Virus record (IMG/VR): IMGVR_UViG_3300020044_011668
Span: 1 to 63,246 of that record
Length of the DNA: 63,246 bases
Source: a virus
Lineage: Duplodnaviria > Caudoviricetes
Strand: one strand, 5' to 3'
In this document: positions 1 through 9,403 of the stretch, one piece after another
How the letters are laid out: the number at the start of each line of letters is the position of its first letter
How positions within the stretch are numbered: the first letter of the stretch is position 1
Translations under genes and position numbers: made by a program
The notes under the pieces: generated by a model
The model's database searches: none
Seen by the model: only the letters and a program-made list of their open reading frames with translations
Told to the model about the DNA's origin: nothing

Positions 1-172
1 ATTCATCCGGCGGGGTATGACCGTAATCGAAGAGGTCTGCATGCACAACAAGCACATCCGTCCGGTTCGGAGCTTCGGTCGTGGTGGTGGCAAGATCTGG
101 GAGATTGATCTTTCCCCCGACTACGACATCGACCAAGAGTTCACCGGCTCAGCAGAGTCCGTGGGTGCCTGA
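1..172 (+). CDS. C-terminal fragment of the primase-helicase (redundant copy)
   Basis: Same frame and sequence as the 3' end of 60322-62499. Confidence 0.9.
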   Translation, partial: FIRRGMTVIEEVCMHNKHIRPVRSFGRGGGKIWEIDLSPDYDIDQEFTGSAESVGA

Positions 173-653
173 GTTCCGAAACCGGAACCACGTATTCGTC
201 GGAACGACACAACCTTCCATCTACGGGGTTCACGGAACCTTGTGGGTGGAAGGTTGCTTTTTGCACAAACTCATCAGCGGGCAGCCAGCCGAGCAACCAG
301 AGCAAGTGCTTGTTCTCGTGGCACCGGACGAAAAAATATCCATCGCACTTGCTACCGATGCTCTCGCGCTGGGCTTCAGATCCGTAGACCCGTGCCGCGT
401 AGTGGGGCAGCGGCTTGTTTTTGCCGGAACCGGTTTTGACATCAATCGTCCTACCGTCCGGCAGCACGATGTCGCAGCTGAACCTCTGCGCGCCGACACG
501 TTCACCGCCGAGATAGGCGTGGGCGAGGACCTCACCCAGCATCCCGTAGATATTCCCGCGTCCACCCCTCAAAGAGCCGTTTAGGACCCCCATTTTGCGC
601 GCATCCTCGGCAGCGCGCAGGCGTGTATCTCTATCTATTTTGACCTCAACCAC
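141..653 (-). CDS. PD-(D/E)xK restriction-endonuclease-fold nuclease
   Basis: GMLGEVLAHAYL...CDIVL...IDVKT fits the E...D...(D/E)xK pattern; repeated at 62468-62980. Confidence 0.6.
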   Translation of the reverse strand: MVEVKIDRDTRLRAAEDARKMGVLNGSLRGGRGNIYGMLGEVLAHAYLGGERVGAQRFSCDIVLPDGRTIDVKTGSGKNKPLPHYAARVYGSEAQRESIGSKCDGYFFVRCHENKHLLWLLGWLPADEFVQKATFHPQGSVNPVDGRLCRSDEYVVPVSELRHPRTLLSR

Positions 654-657
654 TGCA

Positions 658-1608
658 TCAGAACATGTTCGGCATGATGCTGCGCCCGCCGGTGCCGAAG
701 GGGTCGATGTTCAACCTTGGCTGTGCCGCGCCGGTCGCAGAGGCTGCTTCTTCATCCAGCAATTTGGTGCAGAGCTGCCAGTGGTAGTTGGCCCGTTCGA
801 GGTCCGCATTGTCCTCCGCGATGCGCCCGAGCAAACCGTGCTTCAACGCGCCGATGTTCGCCACGTAGCAAATGTCGTCGTCGTCCTCCAGCAACTTGAA
901 GGCCCGCTTGCAGAGAACGTGCACAACGGTCTCACCGTCGGTCGCGCGATTCAAACGGAAGCGGCGGTAGCGCGTGGCCCCGTTGTTCGGGCCGACCGTC
1001 GCGATGGTGGTGTCAGGATCATTCGACGTGGTGCGAAGGTCGTATGACGCGCTCAGACCATCAAAGCGGATCGAATGCACGTTGTTCACGGGCTGCGTGA
1101 ACTGCAGAGGGTAGACACCGGCGACCGCGGTGCCGAGGGTCGAACGGTAGAGTTTGTCTCCGTCAGAGGCATTGACAACGATCGAGCTCCCATCGGCGGT
1201 CGGGTCCCAGTTGGCCGTCTGGTATCCGTTGGCCGAAGGAAGAACGTAGAGCGCGCTGACACCGGCTTCAGGCAAAAGCTTCAGCGTGGGCCAATAGCCC
1301 GCGTCGATCAGACCCCATGAGAGATCGCCGGTGTCGTAGTTCTGGCCCACCGACCGGAAGTCGTGCCAGAGAGCCCGCACTGGAACGGGCGAGCCGTCAA
1401 CCATCGTGTGCAGAATGGAATCCGCGTCGTCGGGGAGCGTAACGTGGGAATCCACGACCGGCAGCGAATACTGCACGGTGAGATCCCGATAGGTGCCCGT
1501 GCTGTAGATGCGGGCCAGAACTTGGTTCAAGCTGGCGAGGAAATCGCCGCCCGCTTCCACGTAGGAGCCGAGGGTGTTGCGGAGCTGGTTGGTCGTGAGA
1601 GCTGGCAT
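658..1608 (-). CDS. Putative head-tail adaptor / tail tubular protein
   Basis: 316 aa in the structural operon; helical C-terminus ALKHGLLGRIAEDNADLERANYHW resembles podovirus adaptors. Confidence 0.45.
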   Translation of the reverse strand: MPALTTNQLRNTLGSYVEAGGDFLASLNQVLARIYSTGTYRDLTVQYSLPVVDSHVTLPDDADSILHTMVDGSPVPVRALWHDFRSVGQNYDTGDLSWGLIDAGYWPTLKLLPEAGVSALYVLPSANGYQTANWDPTADGSSIVVNASDGDKLYRSTLGTAVAGVYPLQFTQPVNNVHSIRFDGLSASYDLRTTSNDPDTTIATVGPNNGATRYRRFRLNRATDGETVVHVLCKRAFKLLEDDDDICYVANIGALKHGLLGRIAEDNADLERANYHWQLCTKLLDEEAASATGAAQPRLNIDPFGTGGRSIMPNMF

Positions 1609-1643
1609 GGGCGTATGTTACTTGTTTTGCTTCAGGAAATCAA
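1609..1643 (-). promoter_or_regulatory. sigma70-like promoter, leaderless
   Basis: TTGATT-17-TAACAT-6 nt-ATG(1608). Confidence 0.55.
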
Positions 1644-1966
1644 CTGTTCAGACGAGCAAGTCGTTTTTGGAACAGGTCCCAAGCAGGAAAGAAGATCTCC
1701 TCCATGCAGCGCACGATGGGTTCCTGCTCGTAAGCCTCGCTGAATCCGACACCGGAAAGCAGCAGGGCGGATTCCATCAGCTCATGGCGGATGGTCAGCA
1801 GCTTCTCGCCGTCGGTGATTCCGGTGTGCACTTCAATCGTCTTGCTGTCGTGCGTGTATTGGCCGTAGGTGTCGCCGAGATCAGCAAAGAGCAAGCGCAC
1901 GCGCCTACCGGCAACGTCGATCGTCTTGGGCCAACGCGCGCCGCTGTCCTTTTTCGGGGGCATCAC
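1640..1966 (-). CDS. Small zincin-like protein with degenerate HExxE motif
   Basis: YGQYTHDSKTIEV...TIRHELMES. Confidence 0.5.
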   Translation of the reverse strand: MMPPKKDSGARWPKTIDVAGRRVRLLFADLGDTYGQYTHDSKTIEVHTGITDGEKLLTIRHELMESALLLSGVGFSEAYEQEPIVRCMEEIFFPAWDLFQKRLARLNS

Positions 1967-2085
1967 TTTTTGACTTTCACCGCGCCGCTGTGTAGCTCCT
2001 TGAGCATCTTTTTCTTCTGCGGCTCGGAGATGGGAGACACCTTCGAAAGCAGGTAGGCCACCTGCCGTTTGGTCTTGGTCTTCAT
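1963..2085 (-). CDS. Small basic protein (40 aa, MKTKTKRQVAYLLSKVSP...)
   Basis: Below the ORF-track cutoff; overlaps the next gene's start; preceded by TTGCTG-18-TAAGGT-7 nt-ATG. Confidence 0.65.
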   Translation of the reverse strand: MKTKTKRQVAYLLSKVSPISEPQKKKMLKELHSGAVKVKK

Positions 2086-2129
2086 GTCGGGAACCTTAAC
2101 AGCTTTGTGGGCGCAACAGCAAGGGGTTT

Positions 2130-2651
2130 TCATATGCAGGTGATCTCGGGAGGGAGTGTTTGTCCCTGCGGCAAGCGGTGGTGTGTGAAGGGGATCTCAA
2201 ACCCGTGCAGCAGCACAACCGCACGGAAGCAGATCGCGATCGCTTCGTGGGGTCCCGGCTTCTGGGTATCCGCGATGCACTGCTGCACAACGGCGAGCAC
2301 GCGCGGGGGTAGCGCATAGGTGCCAACGTAGGAACCGTTGCTCCTTTGGAAGACCGTCGGGCCGTCCAGCCAGAAAGCGCGGGCGGGGATCATGTCGGAA
2401 TCCAGTTTGACCACCATGTCTCCAGTGAACTGAGACAAGGTGCGCGAGACGCCACGCACTGAATCTTCAGTGCTCAGATGAACACCACGATCAAACTCCC
2501 TTCGTAGGAACTCGACTCCCTCCGGCGGATCGTCGGTCCCATCAATGACAACCACGCAACGGGCTTCAGGGTCCAGTAGCCGGACACGGGCCAGCGATTG
2601 GTAGAGCTTCGGGTAGTCCCTCGGGAAACTGAACCAGACGCAGGTCGTCAT
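2130..2651 (-). CDS. Glycosyltransferase-like (GT-A) protein
   Basis: CVVVIDG and VVKLDSD (DxD) motifs. Confidence 0.45.
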   Translation of the reverse strand: MTTCVWFSFPRDYPKLYQSLARVRLLDPEARCVVVIDGTDDPPEGVEFLRREFDRGVHLSTEDSVRGVSRTLSQFTGDMVVKLDSDMIPARAFWLDGPTVFQRSNGSYVGTYALPPRVLAVVQQCIADTQKPGPHEAIAICFRAVVLLHGFEIPFTHHRLPQGQTLPPEITCI

Positions 2652-3790
2652 GAGCCCGTATATTCAAACTCGTAGCTGTCGAGAAGACCCTTGCGGAACC
2701 CGAGGACATGGACCCCATTCCCGCAAGGGTCTACGATTCGGATCTCCTGCGCGAGCCCGAAAGGCTCCGTTGTCGGTTCCCCTGTAACGAGGCCATCCGA
2801 CACCGGCAAGCTCGTTAGGAAGGCGTCTTTCAGATCGAACTTCTGATCGTTGCCGCGAATGATGACTCCCGCGCCGCCGTCGGTCTCAAGAACTTTGATC
2901 TGCGCCTTACCAAGTCCGGGGTCGTTATCACCATACTCTTCCTCTGGTTTCTCCGTGAGGAACCGGACCTTGATGGTGTCTTCTTCACCACCATCAGGCA
3001 TTGGTTGGAGCACCGCGACAGGAGTCAAGCCCTCTTGCTCAATGTCAAGCTCCAGCTGCTCGACGGTGCGGAACTCGTAGTAGTCGCCCGCGTTCTGGCG
3101 CTCCTTATACCACTCGCGCTGACCACCGATGTTGCGGCCTTCCCAGAGGTTAGGCTGCACGAGAATAGGACCGCCCTGTTGCTTTTGCACGGCAACAAGC
3201 TCATCGCCGCTTTGTTCGAATTCGGCAATCGGGTAACGCAGGGAGCCGTTGAGTGGCGTCTTCTGGGGTGGTTGGTAGTGTGTTCCCGTATCCTGCGGGG
3301 CACCAAGGATGATTGTCGGGGTGGCGATGATGAGCCCTTTCGGGTCTGTTTGCACCTCGCAGTATAGCACTTGGCCCGCCGCGACCGTGATCTCCGGCGC
3401 TGGATCATTCGAGAGTGGAACCCCGTTCAGCGTGGGCATCCAGTCGATGATCGGGGAATCTGCTGAAGCGTCTGGGTTGATGCCGCGAACGTAACCAGCG
3501 GTCACGGAGACCTTCTTGTCACCAGTGAACACCACGTCGAACTGCACGTAGAAGTCATCTTCGGACTGCATCTCCTGCGGGTCATCGTGGGCCTGCGTGT
3601 AGCTCGACCCGAGTTGGGGCGCGTATTGGGAGCGGTCGAAGAAGTCCGGCTGCTTGAACGATTCAAACACCACGGATTCCGAGGGTTGCCCGATGGACGC
3701 CATTGATGGTGTGCGCAAAACGCGCAGCAGGTCGAGGGAAGCGAAGCCGTCCTGCGTGGGGCCTACTCCAGAATTTGTGTCTTCAGCCAT
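2648..3790 (-). CDS. Hypothetical virion/tail protein
   Basis: 380-aa acidic ORF, coupled within the late operon. Confidence 0.55.
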   Translation of the reverse strand: MAEDTNSGVGPTQDGFASLDLLRVLRTPSMASIGQPSESVVFESFKQPDFFDRSQYAPQLGSSYTQAHDDPQEMQSEDDFYVQFDVVFTGDKKVSVTAGYVRGINPDASADSPIIDWMPTLNGVPLSNDPAPEITVAAGQVLYCEVQTDPKGLIIATPTIILGAPQDTGTHYQPPQKTPLNGSLRYPIAEFEQSGDELVAVQKQQGGPILVQPNLWEGRNIGGQREWYKERQNAGDYYEFRTVEQLELDIEQEGLTPVAVLQPMPDGGEEDTIKVRFLTEKPEEEYGDNDPGLGKAQIKVLETDGGAGVIIRGNDQKFDLKDAFLTSLPVSDGLVTGEPTTEPFGLAQEIRIVDPCGNGVHVLGFRKGLLDSYEFEYTGS

Positions 3791-3802
3791 ATGGTGGCGG
3801 GA

Positions 3803-5131
3803 TTAGAGAAGAAGGGGAGTCGAGGACTCCTTGTTGGGTGGTGGCCCGCCGTAGATGTCCTGCTGCACGGTGCCGTTCAGGTAGACTTGAACCACCTGCA
3901 CCTCGAAAAGGTTGTGGGCCGTCTGCTTCACGTCGATGGCCACATTGAGCGTGCTCTTGTTGATGAAGGCCTGATACTGCGGGGTCTCGGGCAGGTAGGA
4001 CCTTCCGGGGCCACCGCTGGCGTCAGTGGCTTCCCCACCGGCACCCGAGCCCGCGACATAGTTGATCTGCTTCGGGAGTTCGATCTGCGCGTGGATGCAA
4101 GCGCGCCCGACATCCTGCTGCCTCGCGAGAGCAAAGGTGCTGTTGCCTTTGGTGCTTGCCCGCCACCAGTTCCGCAACATGCCGAAGGTTTCCCGCTCTG
4201 CGATCACCTTGTCGAGTTTGTATGGTGCCAACGCAAGCATCTCCTCTGGGGCATCCGTGATAAAGCGGAGCACCCTAGCTGCGTAGGGTCCGGGGGACGG
4301 CTCCGTGAAATCCAACTCGAAGAAGAAGTCTTCGGAATACGAAGCCTGATGGGTGCTTGAATCCGCAAAGGCCCACGCCCCGTGGATCTCAACGTAGTTG
4401 AGCCTCGGAGGAAAGTCGTAGTTGACGAAGGAGGCCACCGTCGCGATCGTAAGCGGGTAGTTGGGTTCCCCGTTGGCGTCAAGGTCCGTTGGCTCAAAGA
4501 CCACCTCGCTGGTGACGCGCAAGTCGAAGAAGGTGTTCTGCGGGGAGATCTCCACCGTGCGCCCTGCGGTGGCGGAACCCGTTTCGCTGCCAGCGGGGAT
4601 GATCGTCCGCGTGATGCGGACCATGCGATCCACGCTCCGGTCGAACTCGTAGGTGACGGTCTCGGGCATCGAGTAGACGCGCTTGAGCACCACGAAAATG
4701 GAATCGAGTTCCTGCTCGGAGCGGTCCAAGAACTCGAAGGCGAACACGTATTTTCCGAACAGCGCGTCGGCAGAACCCACAACCGGCGTGGGTAGTGAAG
4801 TGGGGTCGGGGTATTCAGAACGCTTCAGCACGTAGGTGCGCACGAGCCTGTCGTCGGAGCCGATCTCGTAATTGTATTTGTCCTGCTCTTCGCGTTTGGC
4901 CGCGTAGAAATACTGGTAGTGTAGGCCCTGTTCGTCGGCGGTCTTGACAAAGACCAGCACGTGATCCGGCCACCGCTTCGCGTCAGGGTGTGGGGTGCCG
5001 TAGGCAGGCGGTGCAGACCCAACGCGCTGGGCGTCCACCGACTCCATGAAGATGATGTCTGCAACGCTCGGTGAAACGAACGTCAGGACACGCTGCCTCT
5101 GCGGGGCTAGGTTGGATGCTCTCAGGGACAT
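3803..5131 (-). CDS. Hypothetical tail protein
   Basis: 442-aa beta-rich ORF in the tail cluster. Confidence 0.55.
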   Translation of the reverse strand: MSLRASNLAPQRQRVLTFVSPSVADIIFMESVDAQRVGSAPPAYGTPHPDAKRWPDHVLVFVKTADEQGLHYQYFYAAKREEQDKYNYEIGSDDRLVRTYVLKRSEYPDPTSLPTPVVGSADALFGKYVFAFEFLDRSEQELDSIFVVLKRVYSMPETVTYEFDRSVDRMVRITRTIIPAGSETGSATAGRTVEISPQNTFFDLRVTSEVVFEPTDLDANGEPNYPLTIATVASFVNYDFPPRLNYVEIHGAWAFADSSTHQASYSEDFFFELDFTEPSPGPYAARVLRFITDAPEEMLALAPYKLDKVIAERETFGMLRNWWRASTKGNSTFALARQQDVGRACIHAQIELPKQINYVAGSGAGGEATDASGGPGRSYLPETPQYQAFINKSTLNVAIDVKQTAHNLFEVQVVQVYLNGTVQQDIYGGPPPNKESSTPLLL

Positions 5132-5147
5132 GCTTCAGGCTTGTGGA

Positions 5148-5585
5148 TTACTCGTTCGGCTCAGGCTCCGGTTCTGGCTCAGGCTGCGGCTCAGGCTCGG
5201 GCTCGGGCTCGGGCACTGGAATGTCAGTCACGATGAAAGTGCCGTCGATGACTTCAAGCGTGCGGCCCTGATCGAGGAGCTTGTCGAGGACGCTGCGGAC
5301 ATCCACGCGTCCGAGGCTGGCGATGACCGCGCCCGTTGCTGACTCGCTGCTGGCGGCTGCTTCGTTGAGGGCCTCGCCGGTTTCGCCGTGGCTGGCGAAC
5401 TCGGCAAACCGTTGCTCCAGCGGGCGGGCGTTGAGCCACTCGTTGAGTTCCGCAGTCGGCAGGTCGAGCACGTGGCCGGTGATCCTGTTCGCGAGGACGA
5501 TGGCGTTGCGGAGGTGCGCGGCGAGAGCGCCAGCATCGGAGGCGATGCGAGCGGTGACAGATTCGGTTGGGGTGAGTAGGGACAT
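5148..5585 (-). CDS. Hypothetical protein with (PE)n tail, possible fibre chaperone
   Basis: Directly downstream of the tail fibre. Confidence 0.5.
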   Translation of the reverse strand: MSLLTPTESVTARIASDAGALAAHLRNAIVLANRITGHVLDLPTAELNEWLNARPLEQRFAEFASHGETGEALNEAAASSESATGAVIASLGRVDVRSVLDKLLDQGRTLEVIDGTFIVTDIPVPEPEPEPEPQPEPEPEPEPNE

Positions 5586-5600
5586 GGGATTAGGTTGAGA

Positions 5601-7706
5601 TTAGGGGATCTTGGTTGCGATCAGGTATGAGTTTTTAAGCATGGTGGTGTTGCCGGTTCCCGGTGCCACTTTGCCCCATTCAACTCGTAGGTTTCCTGGA
5701 GTTGCTCCAATGTTCAGGGTCATCATGCCAATATTGCCCCGCACCTGATTTGCGCCTACGTGGTTAGAAAGCAGAAGACTCGTTGCTCCGCCATTATGAT
5801 TGATTGGAGCCGCATTTCCCCAAGCGCCACAGGAAATGGCAGCCCCAGCAGCATCGGTGACATCTCGTGCAGGGTAGGTCAGCCGAGCTTTCAGCAGTTC
5901 GATATTGGGTGCAATGGCAAGTAGCCCCCACTCGATGCGATAAAGCGTATTAGCTTCCAAAGGGATGAAAAGTTGTGCATCCGCAGCGAAATCAGTTGAA
6001 ACGGTGCGTGAACCTAGAAGTGCGTCTGTCAGGTTTTCATCCACTGTTTTTCTGACAGTTTGCCTTCCGAGGATCTGGTTCGCCGCTGCCGCCGTCGCCG
6101 CCCCAAACAGCGCCGTGCCGGTGCCGCTGTCGCCAACCCCGCCGAGGGCGATGCGGGTTGCTGCCTGCTGCGTGCTCCCGCCGAATGTCGCGCCCCCCGT
6201 CAACGTGCTGACTCCGGTGACAGCGATGCTGCCGCTGGCTTTGATGTTTCCGACTACATCAAGTTTCTCCGTTGGGCTTGCCGTGCCGATGCCGACGTTG
6301 CCATTTGCCAAAAATCTGGCAATTTCAGTCGCTCCGTTGTTTCCGCCAGTAATTTTGACGTAGTCCGTGCTGGAGTTTGAGGAAGTGCCTCGTAGCTCAA
6401 CGAAGCCCCCGCTGTTGCCACCACTTCCGATTAGGACCATTCCATTATTTCCGGAAGTGGTGGTGTTGCGAATGACTGGGTTGATGTCGAAATCAAGATT
6501 GGCGTACGCCCTGATGCTGCCAACCACGTGAAGAGTCGCCGTTGGGGCCGCGGTTCCGATGCCAAGTCTTCCATTCGCAAGAAGTGTCATCTTGACGGTC
6601 CCGCCCGTGGAAAAGCTCAGAGTGGTCGCGCTGGAAAGACTGGCGGCTGTAGCCGCTCCGATGTTGGGAGTCACCAACGTCGGACTCGTCGATAGCACGA
6701 CTTCTCCGCTGCCTGTCGCCGCCGTGCCTCCACCGAGAGTTGTCAGCGCCGCTGCCGCCGTCGCCGCCCCAAACAGCGCCGCGCCGGTCGTGCCTGCGCC
6801 GAGGGCGATGCGGGCGTCTGATGCGGTGGTTGAACCCGTGCCGCCGCGAGCGAGCGGAAGGGTGCCGCCGGTTCCTGCGGTCAGGAAGCCGCCGTTGGTG
6901 TCGGCTGGTAAGTAGAGGGCGAGGCTCACACCACTGCCGAGAGGGTCTGCCGAATTGGTAAGAAGTGGATCTTCGTTGAATGTCGGCTGCCCGCTTCCAA
7001 CAATCTCCGTCCAGCCGGTTAAAAGCCACGGCTCGTATGAGCCGTCAGCATTCGTTGCTTGGTAAACAATGCCACCACTATTGAGTTCAAGAACCCAGTT
7101 GAGTCCATCCCAAAGAAGCGATCCGCCGCTACCGTCGAGCCAAACACGCCGACCATTAGTCAGATAGTCCTGATCGACAAGGAGAGGGCCAAACGACGGA
7201 GTCGTGCCATTGACCTCAAGATATGTCCTGCGGCTCAGGAGATTCGACAGGTTTTGGTCGCCGGTATTGGTGCCGCTGCTGTCGCCGCTGAAGGTGCCGC
7301 TCTGGGTTGCAAGGGAGCCGAGACCCAACGCCGTGCGGTGTGATGCTGCGATGCCCGTGCCGTAGACGAACGTGGTGCCGGTCGCGAGGTTCAGCGCGCC
7401 GGTGTTGGTGATGCCGACAAAAGATGCAGCCCCGCCGCTGGTGCGCAGAACCAACGTGTTGGCGGTGGCAGCGCTGGCCGCAGCCGTAGCCCCAGCGATC
7501 GTGGTGCCATTTCCGAAGATGTAGCCTGTGAGGGAGGGGGCCGTCGTCGAAGTGGTGATCGTATTGGGTCCGGCAGCACCGGCAGCACCGGCAGCACCGG
7601 CTGCGCCCGCAGGACCGCGTTCGCCCGACAGCGTGAGCTGCAGGTCGTTGTCCTCGACGACAGTTAGCGAGTAGGTTTCCTCGGTCAATGTAAGCTGGTC
7701 AGACAC
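5601..7706 (-). CDS. Tail fibre / receptor-binding protein 2
   Basis: Collagen-like GPAGAAGAAG, GxxGIGT repeats, Gly/Thr/Ala-rich; GTG at 7706 preferred over the track start 7802, which overlaps the upstream gene. Confidence 0.8.
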   Translation of the reverse strand: MSDQLTLTEETYSLTVVEDNDLQLTLSGERGPAGAAGAAGAAGAAGPNTITTSTTAPSLTGYIFGNGTTIAGATAAASAATANTLVLRTSGGAASFVGITNTGALNLATGTTFVYGTGIAASHRTALGLGSLATQSGTFSGDSSGTNTGDQNLSNLLSRRTYLEVNGTTPSFGPLLVDQDYLTNGRRVWLDGSGGSLLWDGLNWVLELNSGGIVYQATNADGSYEPWLLTGWTEIVGSGQPTFNEDPLLTNSADPLGSGVSLALYLPADTNGGFLTAGTGGTLPLARGGTGSTTASDARIALGAGTTGAALFGAATAAAALTTLGGGTAATGSGEVVLSTSPTLVTPNIGAATAASLSSATTLSFSTGGTVKMTLLANGRLGIGTAAPTATLHVVGSIRAYANLDFDINPVIRNTTTSGNNGMVLIGSGGNSGGFVELRGTSSNSSTDYVKITGGNNGATEIARFLANGNVGIGTASPTEKLDVVGNIKASGSIAVTGVSTLTGGATFGGSTQQAATRIALGGVGDSGTGTALFGAATAAAANQILGRQTVRKTVDENLTDALLGSRTVSTDFAADAQLFIPLEANTLYRIEWGLLAIAPNIELLKARLTYPARDVTDAAGAAISCGAWGNAAPINHNGGATSLLLSNHVGANQVRGNIGMMTLNIGATPGNLRVEWGKVAPGTGNTTMLKNSYLIATKIP
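6081..6781. repeat. 35-bp perfect direct repeat (6081-6115, 6747-6781) inside the fibre gene
   Basis: cgccgctgccgccgtcgccgccccaaacagcgccg twice, 666 bp apart (in frame). Confidence 0.9.
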
Positions 7707-7711
7707 TAGGA

Positions 7712-8056
7712 TCAGAGGTGCGTGATGTTTGGTTCGACTTCCACGTCCCCGTAGAGTAAACGCTTGCGCGCGCCCGAGGTGTCGGTGAAGAAGTAGTCCC
7801 ACTGGTATTTGCGGGCGACGTCGAGGGTCAGCGAGTCTGCGCTGCTCAGGGTGAAGCGCACGGTGCCCGCGCTGCTATCTACGGGTGCAACGGTGAAGGC
7901 CGCAACGAGAGGCTTGCGGTGTGCTTCGCGGATCTCGGCTTTGTGCGTGCTGGGGCTGCCGACGGCGACGGTGTCCCCGAAGACGTCAACGATGCGCAGC
8001 GTGAACGACTTGCTGCTGCCGCGTTCGATGGTCAGGTTCCTTTTTGCAGCGCTCAT
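7712..8056 (-). CDS. Fibre adaptor (BppU N-terminal-like), paralog of 9404-9742
   Basis: NLTIERGSS...YQWDYF...LLYGDVEVEPNIT. Confidence 0.6.
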   Translation of the reverse strand: MSAAKRNLTIERGSSKSFTLRIVDVFGDTVAVGSPSTHKAEIREAHRKPLVAAFTVAPVDSSAGTVRFTLSSADSLTLDVARKYQWDYFFTDTSGARKRLLYGDVEVEPNITHL

Positions 8057-9400
8057 TTAGACGGGGGTTGCGACCAAACGCATGCGTTGGGGGGTTCCTG
8101 CGTCGCCGAGAGATGACGCGACGTAGATCTCTACGAATTGGTTCTGGGAGAGTTCGATGATCCAGTTGGTGACCAGTTTCGCGATAGGGACTCCCGCCCC
8201 AGATTTGCCTGCCGCATTCGCCCGACACTCCGTTCCGAGGACTTCTGCCCCATTACGGAAGAGCTTTATGGAGTAGTGAGCCCCGAGATCCCCCGCAATG
8301 TCCACGCTGCCGAAAACTAAAAACCGACGGGTAGTGGCTCCCGTGTAGCGCAGCTTATTATTTGCGGGTTGATCAAAATCAACAGCCAAGCTCAAGGCCG
8401 TGTCGATTACGAGCTTGATGAAAGTGGTAGTATATGTTTCGGAATCCCCGGCGGTCTGTCCCCCAAGCTGCCCGTAGGGGTTCGTGCTGAAGCCCGTGCC
8501 ACCGTTGGCAACAGGCAAGGTGCCAGTGACTTCGGTGGTGAGCGAAACCGCCCCAGCAGTGAATGCCAAGGAGCCGTTCCCCTTGAGGACCCCAGTCAGT
8601 GCAGTAGCCCCCGTGCCGCCGTTGGTGACAGGCAAGGTGCCCACGACCTCAGTAGTGAGTGAAACCGTTCCAGCAGTGAACGCCAAGATCCCATTTCCCT
8701 TGAGGACTCCAGTCAGCGTGGTAGCCCCCGTGCCACCACGGGCGACAGAGAGTGTGCCAGTGGTTCCCCCAACAATGGGTAGATCCAAGCAACTGATGAG
8801 GCTGCCTTGTGTTGGCGTGCCGAGCGCCGGTGTTACGAGCGCTGGGCTATCTGAAAGCACGACGTTCCCAGTTCCAGTCTTGGCGGTGACCCCCGTGCCG
8901 CCCTTGGCAACAGGGAGAATCCCAGTGAGCGCAGCGTCGGTCAGCGTGATAGCAGTTCCCGAGAGGGAACCACCGTTGATGACGGGGGCTGTGAGAATCT
9001 TGCCTGAGAGCGTCTGCGTCCCAGTTGGGGTGACGTAGTAGGTGTTCAGGTAATCACTGCGGAGATTCGCCAACGTCGTCTTTTTGAGCGCGCTGCTTGT
9101 CGAGACATCCAAGAAAGGGAGCAAATCTCCGTCGGCAGCTGCCGTAGCGGTGGTTGCTCCGATTGAGGAAGCGATGTTATCTGCGTCGGTGACGTTCGCC
9201 AGTTCCTCAATGTTGGTCAGTTTGGTAGCAAACGCCGCAGACATCAGGCCGACTTGACTGATCGTAGCGAGCTGGATGGCATCGCTGCCGCCCGTGAGAT
9301 GGCTCGAAGCATGGGTGCTTGGGGTGCTGACACCACGGTCGGAGAGCACAAGCGTGATCCCCGAGTTGTCTTCGCCAATCTGGTATGGGTCGTTGGGCAT
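8057..9400 (-). CDS. Tail fibre / receptor-binding protein 1
   Basis: LPVxxGGTG repeats, 39-aa (117-bp) tandem units, HASSHLTGGSD motif. Confidence 0.8.
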   Translation of the reverse strand: MPNDPYQIGEDNSGITLVLSDRGVSTPSTHASSHLTGGSDAIQLATISQVGLMSAAFATKLTNIEELANVTDADNIASSIGATTATAAADGDLLPFLDVSTSSALKKTTLANLRSDYLNTYYVTPTGTQTLSGKILTAPVINGGSLSGTAITLTDAALTGILPVAKGGTGVTAKTGTGNVVLSDSPALVTPALGTPTQGSLISCLDLPIVGGTTGTLSVARGGTGATTLTGVLKGNGILAFTAGTVSLTTEVVGTLPVTNGGTGATALTGVLKGNGSLAFTAGAVSLTTEVTGTLPVANGGTGFSTNPYGQLGGQTAGDSETYTTTFIKLVIDTALSLAVDFDQPANNKLRYTGATTRRFLVFGSVDIAGDLGAHYSIKLFRNGAEVLGTECRANAAGKSGAGVPIAKLVTNWIIELSQNQFVEIYVASSLGDAGTPQRMRLVATPV

Positions 9401-9403
9401 GGT

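Larger units (their letters stand above)
1..887. repeat. Terminal direct redundancy, copy 1 (circular permutation overlap)
   Basis: Aligns without gaps to 62328-63214 (offset 62327); about 21 substitutions counted by eye. Confidence 0.97.

Noticed and set aside
5601-9400. Diversity-generating retroelement acting on the fibres
   Set aside because: No reverse transcriptase and no template/variable repeat pair differing at adenines
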